A DNA stretch of 64,000 nucleotides from an uncultured Gemmatimonadales bacterium (lineage in GTDB: Bacteria > Gemmatimonadota > Gemmatimonadetes > Gemmatimonadales > GWC2-71-9): positions 480,001-544,000 of the forward strand of contig CAVSQW010000006.1 in the NCBI GenBank assembly GCA_963730185.1, in the 5' to 3' direction. Of the stretch, positions 52,758 through 62,942 are shown in pieces (position 1 is the stretch's first letter; each line of letters starts with the position of its first letter). A program made the position numbers and the translations under genes. Under the pieces are notes generated by a model, which saw only the letters and a list, made by a program, of their open reading frames with translations, ran no database searches and was not told the DNA's origin.

Positions 52758-55700
52758 TCCGCTGGGCGTCGACCCGGCCGTCGGTCGTGTGGGCCACCGG
52801 GATCGCCCTGATCCTGGCGGGCGGCGTGGCCTTTACCCGGCTGCCGCTCGCCACCAAGACTCGGGTCGACCTCCCCCGACTCACCGTGGGCGTGAGCTGG
52901 TCCGGCGCGGCGCCCGAGGTGGTGGAGAGCTACGTCACCTCGCCGATCGAAGAGGCGATCCAGGGCGTCAAGGGCGTCAAGAAGGTCACCAGCGAGTCGA
53001 GCGAAGGCTCCTCGAACATCACCATCGAGCTCGAGCCCGAGACCGACGTGACCATGGCCCGGCTCGAGATCCACGAGCGGTTGGAGCTGATCCGGAAGGG
53101 CTTCCCGATCGGGGTGGGCGCACCGCAGGTGTCCAACTACCAGCCGCCCGAGCTCCAGGAGGAAGCCCTCCTCACCTACACCTTCTCCGGTCCCTATACC
53201 CCCGGAGCGCTCACCAAGATCGCCCGCGACAAGATCCAGCCGAGGATCTCCACCGTGCCCGGCGTGTCGAGCGTCGGCACCATGGGCTCGGCGGAGACCC
53301 GGGTGTCGGTGATCTACGACCCGGTGCGCCTCCGCCAGCTCGATCTCTCTCCCGAGCTTCTCGCGGCCGCCCTCCGGAACGCCCGGGTGGTCCGGGCCCT
53401 CGGCAACGAGCGGGTGGGCACCAGCGTCATCGCCGTGGCGCTCCGCGACCAGCCGTCGGTGCTCCCCGATCTGGAGAACCTCGCCGTGCGGGCGTCGAGC
53501 GGGAGGGTCTTCCGCCTGGGCGAGCTGGCGACGGTGCGGCCCGAGGAAGATACCGGCGGCCAATTCTATCGGATCAACGGCCGGACCGCCGTCGGATTCC
53601 GGGTCTTCCGCGACGCCGGCGCCGACGCCATCAAGACGGCCGCCCGGATCAAGGCCGCGGTCACGGCCCTGATCCCGACCCTGCCGCCCGGGATCGGCTT
53701 CCAGCTGATCTCGGACGAGAGCAAGGACCTCGCGAAGCAGCTCCGCGACCTCACCCTCCGTGGCGGGATCGCCTTCCTGGCCGTGATGCTGGTCCTGGCC
53801 ATCGCGCTCCGGAACTTCACCTCGATCTGGCTGGTGATGGGGAGCGCCGCCGTCGCGATCGCCGGGACGGCCCTCGGTCTCTACCTCCTCCAGATTCCGG
53901 CCAATCTGCTGACGCTGGCCGGGTTAGGCATGGGGATCGGTGTCCTGGTCCAGAACGGCCTGGTGGTGGTGGAGCGGCTCCGCCACGCGCCCGACACCCC
54001 GGCGGGGCGGGCCGAAGCCGGCCGGCGGATCACCCCGGCGGTGCTGGGTTCGACCCTGACCACCGCGGTGGTGCTCTTCCCCTTCCTCTACCTCCAGGGC
54101 GACGCCCGGGCCGCCTTCGTGCCGTTCGCCGCGGCGTTCGCGATGGGGCTCGGGTGGTCGGTGCTGTCGTCCCTGGTGATGATCCCCGCCGTCGGCGCCG
54201 GGCACGGGCTGGCCCGGCGGCGCTGGCGGCGGCTCCAGCGCCTCTACGTCCGGTTGCTGCTGCCGCTCCTTCGCTGGCGTTGGGCCACCCTGGCCGTGGT
54301 CGGCGCCCTGTTGGTGGTGGCCGGGTGGGGCTTCGCCACCAAGGTGCCGCGAGCCAACTGGGGAGACTGGTTCGGCCAGCGGACCACGCTCCGCGTCTTC
54401 CTCACCTTTCCCCACGGCTCCGATCCGGAGAGCCTGGACCGGGCCATCGCCGAGTTCGAGCAGATCGCGGTGGGGCGGCCCGGGGTCGAACGGGTCGACG
54501 CCCAGAGCCTGGGGTCGGTCGGCGCCGGTGGGGTCAGCGTGCTCTTCACCCGCGAGGCGGGCTTCACCTCGATTCCCCTGGTGATGCAGGAGGAGATGAC
54601 CCAGCGCGCCGTGCTGATCGGGGGCGCCACGATCACCGTTCAGCGGCCAGGGCCCCGCCTTCTTCAGCGGCGGCGGCGCCAGCAGTGTCTCGTTCCGGAT
54701 CAAGATCCTGGGCTACTCCTTCGCCGGCGTGGAAGGGCTGGCCAAAGACCTTCAGGCCCGGTTGGAGCAGATCCCCAGGGTCCGCGAGGTGAACATCAAC
54801 GCCGGCAGCTTCTTCGGCCGCGAGCGGAGCATGAACGTGACCCTGGAGCCGGACCGCGACGCCATCGCCCGGGCCGGGATCACCACCAGCGACTTCGCGA
54901 GCGCGGTGCTCCGGGAGGTGTCGGGATCGGTCGGGCGGCACCCGGCTCGAGCTCGACGGCGACGAGATTACGGTGACGCTCAAGGCCAAGGGCGCCCGGG
55001 ACCGCTCGCTGCTCGAGCTCAACGACGCGATCGTCCCGACCCCGACCAAGGCCCCCATTCGGATCAGCGACCTGGCCAGCCTCGGCGAGAACGAAGGTCT
55101 CGGGCGGATTACCCGGGAGGATCAGCAGTATGTCCGGATCGTGAGCTACGACTTCCGGGGCCCCGCCAAGCTCGCCAACCGGACCCACGACGCCTTCATG
55201 GCCTCGATCAGCGTCCCGCCGGGGTATTCGGTCGGCGACGAGAAATTCGAATGGCAGACCGACGACAGCAGCAAGGGGCTCTGGATCGTGTTCGCCGCCG
55301 GCATCACCCTGGTGGTGCTGTCGGTGGCCTTCGTGTTCGACTCGATCTGGGCCACCAGCATGGTGTTCCTGGGGCTCCCGGTGGCGCTGGCGGGAGTCGC
55401 CGGCGTGTTCTGGGGGACGGGCACGGCCTTCACCCGCGAAGCGGCCGTGGGGGTGATCCTGGTGGTCGGGCTGGCGGTGAACCAGACCATCCTCTTCGTG
55501 GACGGGCTGCTGGGCCGGGGCACCAAGGGCCGCTACCGCCGGGGCACCAGCGGCCCCGCCGTCGTGGCCACGGCCCGCGACCGCTCCGGCATGATCCTGC
55601 TCGTGACCTTCACGACCATTGCCAGCCTGGTGCCGCTCGCCGTCGGCACCGACGCCGACAGCCTGTTCGGCTCGATCGCCCTGGCCACCTCGGGCGGCAC

Positions 55701-55833
55701 GGTGGCCGGGACGCTGGGCGCGCTCTTCATCGTGCCGGTCCTCACCCTCGGCCGGCGGAGCGGTCCCCAGCGCCGCCGGAAAGGCTGGCGGCCGAGGCTG
55801 CCCGGGCTCCGCCTTCGCCGGACGAAGGCCTAG
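52754..55833 (+). CDS. RND efflux permease 2 (divergent), frameshifts near 54640 and 54940
   Basis: WSGAAPEVVESYVTSPIEE, TLAGLGMGIGVLVQNGLVV, STLTTAVVLFP, ITREDQQY; GTGA overlap with permease 1. Confidence 0.85.
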
Positions 55834-55839
55834 GGTCGG

Positions 55840-57034
55840 CTACCTCGCCTCGACCAGCTCAGCCAACGCGGTCGCGACCGTCTCGACCTCCTCGCTGGTG
55901 TTGTAGTAGTGGGGTGAGAGTCGGACGGCGCCGGCCACGCCCTTCTCTTCGAAGTCGATCACCGCGTACTCGCGGAGCGAGACGTTGCCGTTGATCCGTC
56001 GCGCCCGCAGCCGGTCGACCAGGGCCGCGGGATCGTGCCCCCTGAAGGCCACGGTGACGATGGCACAGCGTTGCCCGCCGCGGTCGAGCACCCGGGCGCC
56101 GGGAAGGGCGGCCAACCGAGCCCGGAGCTCCTCTGCCCGGGCCCAGGCGAGCCGCTGGATTCGCTCCAGCCCGATCGCCGCCGCGTAGCGGGCGGCGGCC
56201 CCCATCCCGAGCACCAGGGCATACGGGCAGCTCCCACTCCTGGAAGCGCCGGGCGTCGGGAACCACCCGATACTCCGAGGCCCTGGTCCACTGGGCGCCC
56301 CGCATGTCGACGTGGAGCGGATGGTCGCCGCGGGCCAGGGCCCGATCGGACACGTAGAGGAAGCCGATCCCGCGGGGGCCGCGGAGGAACTTCCGGCTGG
56401 TGGCCGACAGATAGTCGCAGTGAAGCGCCGCGACCGAGATCGGCAGCTGGCCGACCGCCTGACAGGCATCGACCAGGTAGGGAACGCCGGCGGCCTCCGC
56501 GACTCGGCCCACCGCCTCGAGCTCCTGGACCAGGCCCGAGTTGGTCGGAATCCAGGTCATCGCCACCAGCCGGCACGGCCCCTGATCGAGAAGGGAGCGG
56601 ACGTGATCGGGGTCGACCCCGCCCTCGGGCAGGTCATTCGCCCGGACCACCTCGACCCCGTGCCGTCGGGCCAAGGCCAGGTACTGGATCTGGTTGGAGA
56701 TGTAGTCCGCGCGAGAGGTGACGATCCGATCGCCCGGTCGGAAGTCGAAGGCACTGAGCGCCGCGACGAAGCCGGCCGTGGCGCTGGAGACCACGGCCAC
56801 GTTACCACGGGGCGCCCCGACCAGGCCTGCCACGGCGCCGAGACCCTCGTCGATGGCCTCGGTCCGAAGGTCGGCGGCTTCGTACCCACCGATCTCCGCC
56901 TCGAGCCGGAGGTGAGCCTCGATCTCGGCCAGGACCGGGGCCGGCATCAGACCGGCGCCGGCGTTGTTGAAGTGGACTCGGTTCAGGACGCCGGGCGTCT
57001 CGGCCCGCCAGCGCTCGAGGTCGGGATCGGACAT
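55840..57034 (-). CDS. Aminotransferase class V PLP enzyme (cysteine desulfurase/EgtE-like), frameshift near 56225
   Basis: HFNNAGAGL, LVDACQAVGQ, ATSRKFLRGPRGIGFLYV; C-terminus VRLSPHYYNT in ORF 55840..56469. Confidence 0.88.
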
Positions 57035-57071
57035 CGGGGTGGGTCCTCGTGGGTGGTCGGTTCGATGGCGG

Positions 57072-57606
57072 TCAGCGGGTCCAGATCACGATCAAGCCAC
57101 AGTATTGATCCCGGGCACCCGCGAACTCGGAGGGAATGGTGGCCGGGCCGGAGTAAATCTCCACGCCCTCGATCTCCTCCGGCGCGACGATGTCGAGCGA
57201 GGTGCTGCCCGGTTGGACCTGGCCGTCGATCGCGACCCGGAGCGACGCAGGGTACCACGATGTTGCTCGACCTCGATCGAGGGTAGCGCTCTCCGCGCCG
57301 GGCGTGAGCTCGATCCTGATCGGCTCCATGACCCGGAACCCCGATGCCGACGATGGACGAACAGCCGATGGCCCGGACCAGGAGATGAACCGAGCCCACG
57401 GTGAGTCCCGGAATCGTGAACCGTCCGGCGGCATCGGTATGGGCCGGAGCCGCCGAATCCACGGTCACCAGCGCCCCCTCCACCGGCCGGCCGCCATCCC
57501 GTGACACCACGAGGCCGCGCAGCACCGCCTCGCCCTGGGCCGCCACGGGGCCGGCCCAGGCCAGAACCGCCAAGTTCACCAACGCAAGCAGTTGCAGTGG
57601 ACGCAT
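57072..57606 (-). pseudogene. Short or degraded protein: carboxypeptidase-regulatory-like N-terminus plus TonB-receptor-plug-like C-terminal motif, in different frames
   Basis: Signal plus LRGLVVSRDGGRPVEGALV...TDAAGRFTI (ORF 56983..57606) and IDG...EEIEGVEIYSGPATIPSEF...CGLIVIWTR (ORF 57072..57434). Confidence 0.55.
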
Positions 57607-57724
57607 GTTCGAACGCCTCCACGATCCCCCAAGCTACGGCCGGACTGGGCGGCCGGGAATTGACGCCGGCCACATCTAGGCGCAACGTTGCACGACGAAC
57701 CTTCTCTCCCGAAACGAGCCCTCG

Positions 57725-60700
57725 ATGCGATCAGCCCTGAGCCGGGCGCTGGCCGGCCTGACCCTGTCCCTCGTCGCCGCGGTTCCGGCGGCCGCGCAGA
57801 CCCTCCTCCTCCGCGAGCCGTCGGTCAGCGACCGGAACGTGGTCTTCGCCTACGCCAACAACATCTGGGTCACCGGCCGGGAGGGCGGCGACGCCCGGCG
57901 CCTCACCAGCTTCCAGGGCGAGACCTCGAACCCGAGGCTCTCCCCCGACGGGAACTGGGTGGCGTTCAGCGGCCAGTACGGTGGCAACAGCGACGTCTAC
58001 CTGGTGCCGGTCGAGGGCGGCGAGCCCAAGCGGCTCACCTGGCACGCGGCCGATGACGAGGTGGTTGGCTGGACGCCCGACGGGAAGAGCGTGGTCTTCG
58101 CCTCGGGGCGCACGTCCGCCCCGACCCCGGGGGTCACCAAGTTCTGGACCGTGTCGGTCGACGGTGGCCTGCCCCAGGCGCTGGCCATCCCCCGCGGCTC
58201 CGAAGGCCACTTCAGCCCGGACGGCAAGCGGTTCGCCTATCGGATGACGAACTACTGGGATCCGGAGTGGCGGAACTACCGGGGCGGGCAGAACCGCCCC
58301 GTCTGGATCATGGACCTGGCCACCCGCGAGATCGAGTCGCCGCCCTGGACCGACAGCAAGGACACCGAGCCAGTCTGGGCGGGCGACAAGGTCTTCTTCC
58401 TCTCGGATCGCGACTGGCTGGTGAACGTCTGGTCGTACGACACCCGGACCAAGGCGCTCGCCCAGGTCACCCACTTCAAGGACTACGACATCAAGTCGCT
58501 CGAGTCGGGCGGCGGCGTGGTCGTCTTCGAGCAGGCCGGCCGGATCCACCTGCTGGACCCGGCGACCGGGCAGCACCACCCGCTGAACATCACCGTCAGG
58601 GGCGACTTCCCCTGGATGACGCCCCAGTGGAAGGAGGTGAGCCGCTCGATCCGGCAGGCGGCGCTTTCGCCGACGGGCAAGCGGGTGGCCTTCGAGGCCC
58701 GGGGCGAGATCTTCACGGTCCCGGCCGAGAAGGGCGACTGGCGGAACCTGACCCGGACGGCCGGCGTGGCCGAGCGGACGCCCGCCTGGTCGCCGGACGG
58801 TAAGTGGGTCTCCTGGTTCAGCGACGCCAGCGGCGAGTACAAGCTGGTGATCGCCTCGCAGGACGGATCGAGCCCCCGGGAGATCACCCTCCCAACCCCG
58901 ACCTTCTACTTCACGCCCCAGTGGTCGCCCGACTCGAAGAAGATTCTCTTCACCGACACCGGGCTCCGGCTCTGGTGGGTCGACGTCTCCAGCGGCAAGG
59001 CGACTCACGCCGACACCGACCAGTACATGGTCCCGGCCCGGACCATGAACCCGGTCTGGAGCCCCGATTCCCGGTGGATCGCCTACACCAAGCGAAACGC
59101 GTCCCAGATCCACTCGGTCTTCGTCTACGACACCCGGTCGGGGCAGGTCCATCAGGTCACCGACGGCATGGCCGACGCCACCTCGCCGGCCTGGGACGGC
59201 TCGGGCAAGTACCTCTTCTTCCTGGCCTCCACCAACTTCGGTCTCAACACCGGGTGGCTCGACATGTCGAGCTACGAGCGACCGGTGACCCGGGGTGTGT
59301 ACCTGGCGGTGCTCGGGCAGAACGAGCCGTCGCCGCTCCTGCCGCGGAGTGACGAGGAGAGCGGGCAGGCGGGTGGACGGATGGGCGGGCCGAATGGGCC
59401 CAAGCCGGCCGACAGCGTCACCGTCGCGATCGACTTCGACGGGATCTCGGACCGGATCGTCGCGCTCGACTTGCCACTCCGCGATTACCAGGAGCTCCAG
59501 GCCGGCGCGGCGGGGACGATCTTCTTTACCGAGAACATTCCGGCGACCGGCGTCGACGCCGGCCCCCGGCCCGGCGACGCGCTCTATCGCTATCAGCTCT
59601 CCGAACGGAAGGCGATCCCGTTCGCCAGCAACGTCCAGACCTTCCTGGTGTCGGCCGACGGGAAGAAGCTCCTCTACCGCTCGCCGGGTCAGGCCGGGGC
59701 CTTCCATCTCGTCGACGCCGACAAGGGCCCGCCCGCGCCCAACGCCGGCCGCTTGAGCCTGGGCCTCCGGATGCTGGTGGACCCCAAGGCCGAATACGCC
59801 CAGATGTTCAGCGAGGGCTGGCGCTTCCAGCGGGACTTCCTCTACGTCCCCAACCTCCACGGCGCCGACTACGTCAAGACCAAAGCACTCTACGCCCCGT
59901 TCGTGCCGTTCGTGCGGCACCGGACCGACTTCAACTACCTGCTCGACGTCCTGGGCAGCGAGGTCGCGATCGGGCACTCGTTCGTTCGCGGCGGCGACAT
60001 CCCCGACATTCCGCGCGCCAACGCCGGGATGCTGGGCGCCGACTTCGAGGTGGCCAACGGCCGCTACCGGATCACCAAGATCTACACCGGCGGCAACTGG
60101 AATCCCGGGATCGACGCGCCGCTCGGCGCCCCCGGCGTGGGCGTGAGCGTCGGCGACTACGTCTTGGCGATCAACGGCGCCGACCTGGCGGGCACCGACA
60201 ACATCTACCGGCTGCTCGAGGGGACCGCCAACCGGCAGACCGAGCTGCTCGTCAATTCGACGCCGTCGGTGCAGAGCGCCCGCACCGTGACGGTGGTGCC
60301 GGTGGCGAGCGAGGTGCCGCTCCGAACGATGGATTGGGTCGAGGCCAACCGCCGCAAGGTCGACTCGCTGAGCGGCGGCAAGCTCGGGTACGTGTATCTC
60401 CCGAACACCGGGCAGGGCGGGTACACCTTCTTCAACCGCTACTTTTTCCCTCAGCAGGACCGGCAGGGCATGGTGGTGGACGAGCGGTTCAACGGGGGCG
60501 GCTCCGCAGCCGACTACATCGTCAACGTGCTCAATCGGAAGCAGCTGGGCTACTTCAACAACCCGGTCGGCACCCGGACGCCGTTCAACCTGCCGGAGGC
60601 CGGCGTTTGGGGGCCGAAGGTGATGCTGATCAACGAGATGGCGGGGTCGGGCGGCGACCTGATGCCCTATCTCTTCAAGGAGATGAAGATCGGCCCGCTG

Positions 60701-61006
60701 GTCGGGAAGCGGACCTGGGGCGGCCTGGTCGGCACCTGGGACACGCCGCCGCTCATCGACGGCGGCATCATGATCGCGCCCCGGGGCGGCTTCTTCGACC
60801 TCGACGGACAGTGGGCGGTCGAGAACCAGGGCGTCGCCCCCGACATCGACGTCGAAATGACCCCGAAGGACGTGATCGCCGGACGGGATCCGCAGCTCGA
60901 GCGCGGCGTCTCGGAGGCGATGCGGATGCTCAGGGAGAACCCCGTGGTGCTCAAGCCGGAGCCGGCTCCCCCGATCCGGTCGCGGCGCCCGGGATCCTCA
61001 CGCTGA
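57725..61006 (+). CDS. Tricorn protease homolog (peptidase S41B)
   Basis: Signal peptide; two beta-propellers; PDZ-like segment; GYVYLPNT, DERFNGGG, AGSGGD (catalytic Ser), GKRTWGGLVG, ENQGVAPDI and DPQLE. Confidence 0.95.
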   Translation: MRSALSRALAGLTLSLVAAVPAAAQTLLLREPSVSDRNVVFAYANNIWVTGREGGDARRLTSFQGETSNPRLSPDGNWVAFSGQYGGNSDVYLVPVEGGEPKRLTWHAADDEVVGWTPDGKSVVFASGRTSAPTPGVTKFWTVSVDGGLPQALAIPRGSEGHFSPDGKRFAYRMTNYWDPEWRNYRGGQNRPVWIMDLATREIESPPWTDSKDTEPVWAGDKVFFLSDRDWLVNVWSYDTRTKALAQVTHFKDYDIKSLESGGGVVVFEQAGRIHLLDPATGQHHPLNITVRGDFPWMTPQWKEVSRSIRQAALSPTGKRVAFEARGEIFTVPAEKGDWRNLTRTAGVAERTPAWSPDGKWVSWFSDASGEYKLVIASQDGSSPREITLPTPTFYFTPQWSPDSKKILFTDTGLRLWWVDVSSGKATHADTDQYMVPARTMNPVWSPDSRWIAYTKRNASQIHSVFVYDTRSGQVHQVTDGMADATSPAWDGSGKYLFFLASTNFGLNTGWLDMSSYERPVTRGVYLAVLGQNEPSPLLPRSDEESGQAGGRMGGPNGPKPADSVTVAIDFDGISDRIVALDLPLRDYQELQAGAAGTIFFTENIPATGVDAGPRPGDALYRYQLSERKAIPFASNVQTFLVSADGKKLLYRSPGQAGAFHLVDADKGPPAPNAGRLSLGLRMLVDPKAEYAQMFSEGWRFQRDFLYVPNLHGADYVKTKALYAPFVPFVRHRTDFNYLLDVLGSEVAIGHSFVRGGDIPDIPRANAGMLGADFEVANGRYRITKIYTGGNWNPGIDAPLGAPGVGVSVGDYVLAINGADLAGTDNIYRLLEGTANRQTELLVNSTPSVQSARTVTVVPVASEVPLRTMDWVEANRRKVDSLSGGKLGYVYLPNTGQGGYTFFNRYFFPQQDRQGMVVDERFNGGGSAADYIVNVLNRKQLGYFNNPVGTRTPFNLPEAGVWGPKVMLINEMAGSGGDLMPYLFKEMKIGPLVGKRTWGGLVGTWDTPPLIDGGIMIAPRGGFFDLDGQWAVENQGVAPDIDVEMTPKDVIAGRDPQLERGVSEAMRMLRENPVVLKPEPAPPIRSRRPGSSR

Positions 61007-61025
61007 GCGGAAGGAGAGGACGATC

Positions 61026-61289
61026 GTGACCCAGTCCAATCTCGTGCGCGAAGCCCGGCTCAAGCCGGAGGCGGCCCACCTCTACCCCGGGCTCACGCCC
61101 GGGGTCTGGCTTCCGGCGTCGGAGGTCGGCGCCAAGCTGCTGCTGCAGCATCTCAAGGCGTCGTTCGCCCCGAGCCTCGGAAGCCGGCTCCTGAACGAGG
61201 AGCACTTCGAGTTCCGGGGGGGCATCGACCGCGGGCGCGGAAACCCGCTCCGCACCCGCTATGGCGACGAGTCGATGATCCAGCACTGA
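61026..61289 (+). CDS. Small hypothetical protein (87 aa)
   Basis: GAGAGGA RBS; GC3-rich codon usage; REARLKPE...LYPGL.PG.W...HFEFRGG motif. Confidence 0.7.
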   Translation: MTQSNLVREARLKPEAAHLYPGLTPGVWLPASEVGAKLLLQHLKASFAPSLGSRLLNEEHFEFRGGIDRGRGNPLRTRYGDESMIQH

Positions 61290-61302
61290 GCGCCGGAGCC
61301 GC

Positions 61303-61976
61303 CTAACGGCCGCGTCCGCCCCGCTCGCCTCGCTCTCCCCGCTCACCCCGGAGAATGCCGACCCGGCCTCGGAAGCTGGGGCCATAGTACCAGCTCGGGC
61401 CGTACCAGGCCCACGGCCCGGAGAACCAGGGGTCGTACCAACCGAGATAGGCCCGGGAATACCGTTCCGGGCTCACGGTGTAGTGCACCACGTCGTACTC
61501 GTACCGTCCATCCGCCGCGCGGTCGACGATCGCCAACAACGCCGCCTCTGGATCCTGCCCGGCCGTGCTGTCGTCCAGCGCGGTCAGGTCCCAGTGCCCG
61601 TTCCGCACCAGGTCGTCCATCTGGAACGGATGGGTCGACCAGGCCGCGAGCACCACGCCCGAACCGGCGCGGCTCCCCACGGTGAACGTCTCCCGGTCGC
61701 CGCGTCCGCGGATCTCCATCTCCTGGCCGCCATCGATCGCGGCGTCGTCACGAGGATCCACGGGGAAGAGCACGCGGACGTTGCCGCGGTCCGTCATGCG
61801 GAGCACGAGCAGATAGCCGTCCTCGGCGACCTGAACCTTGACCTTGGCTCGGTCACCCGGGGAGTAGTGAGGCATCGTCATTGAGATTGAGCTTGACCGG
61901 CGGATCGGACGTCGGAAGACATAGCGGAATGCGCACTCGGCGCCAACAGGGAAAGGGCCAACGCTACGGTGAGCAT
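61303..61976 (-). CDS. DUF4384 domain protein with signal peptide; two apparent frameshifts near 61870-61910
   Basis: MLTVALALSLLAP signal (ATG 61976), DPPVKLNLND in a second frame, then YSPGDRAKVKV...DGYLLVL...GNVRVLFPVDP; Tyr/Trp/Gly/Arg-rich tail. Confidence 0.75.
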
Positions 61977-62013
61977 AACGACCGGTGCCAGGTCATGTCC
62001 TGAGGTGTAGATG

Positions 62014-62145
62014 TCAAGTTCCATGCCCCCATCGCGCGCCGCCTAACTCCGGGCGCCGCAACGCGCTTCCAAAATCAGGCCCGAGCGCCGGAGCGTCCTC
62101 GTTCGGGGACAGGTGTCCCGTGCCGGCGATTCGTCCGACGGGACA
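62014..62145 (-). promoter_or_regulatory. Putative sigma54-like promoter with upstream palindromic enhancer sites
   Basis: Minus-strand GGGCATGGAACTTGA (GG-N10-GA; 62014-62028); GGGACA-GG-TGTCCC (62106-62119) and TGTCCCGT-N16-ACGGGACA (62114-62145), 80-120 bp upstream. Confidence 0.4.
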
Positions 62146-62170
62146 GGCCGCCGGTTGCGGCGGCGATCGA

Positions 62171-62905
62171 TCAGCGGTTCGGAAGCCGAGCGGTCACCTG
62201 ACCCGACGCATCGAGAAACTCCAGGCTCGCCCTTCCGAGCGAATCGACCGCGAGCCGGAGCCGAGGCCGGCCCTCCGGATCCGAGAGGTTGATGATGGCG
62301 GCCCGGCTCCGATCCCGTCCGACGTAGACTCGCTGGGCGAACATCGGCTTGCCGTCCACCGGCCCCATCAGCCGGGCGAGGGCCTCCTTCTTGGCGGGTC
62401 CGTCGGGCAGCTGGTCGATCGAGTCCTTCCTCATGACCAGATCGTAGAGCGGGGTCACGGCGCGATCGGCGACGGTGAGTCCCAGGCGGCGCTGCCCGTT
62501 GTCGTCGTTGTAGCTGAGGTAGAGCACCTGATCCTGGTCGAACTGATCGAAGGCGAGCTGCGAGCTCGCGTGATACGTCCCGTCAGGGTCCCGGCTCCCG
62601 CCGAAGGCCAGCCCCCCGTTCTCGGAGCCTTCGTCGTTGAAGAAGATGATTCCCGGACGCCGCCCACCCGGGTAGCCGAACGGCTTGCCGTGGTAGATGG
62701 GCCCGATCGAGCGCGGGGTGTTGGAAATCACCATCCGGAGCTTGCCGTCGGGCTCGACCACGTTGATCCGCTGGACGTCGATCTCGTCGAAACGAGTCTT
62801 CCGGCTGGACTGGAAGGCGGAGAGAGCCGCGATCACGAGGAGCGGTGTGGTGACGAGCGCGTGGGCCCGGAGCACGCGGAGCTCGCGGCGAAGGCGACGG
62901 GACAT
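62171..62905 (-). CDS. Conserved hypothetical membrane-anchored protein
   Basis: GAGGT RBS; N-terminal hydrophobic helix; FDEIDVQRINVVEPDGKLRMVISN and RPRLRLAVD...ASLEFLD beta-rich repeats. Confidence 0.75.
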   Translation of the reverse strand: MSRRLRRELRVLRAHALVTTPLLVIAALSAFQSSRKTRFDEIDVQRINVVEPDGKLRMVISNTPRSIGPIYHGKPFGYPGGRRPGIIFFNDEGSENGGLAFGGSRDPDGTYHASSQLAFDQFDQDQVLYLSYNDDNGQRRLGLTVADRAVTPLYDLVMRKDSIDQLPDGPAKKEALARLMGPVDGKPMFAQRVYVGRDRSRAAIINLSDPEGRPRLRLAVDSLGRASLEFLDASGQVTARLPNR

Positions 62906-62942
62906 GAGATACCTCGAGTGCTGGGGTCGCGAGATCGGAAGG

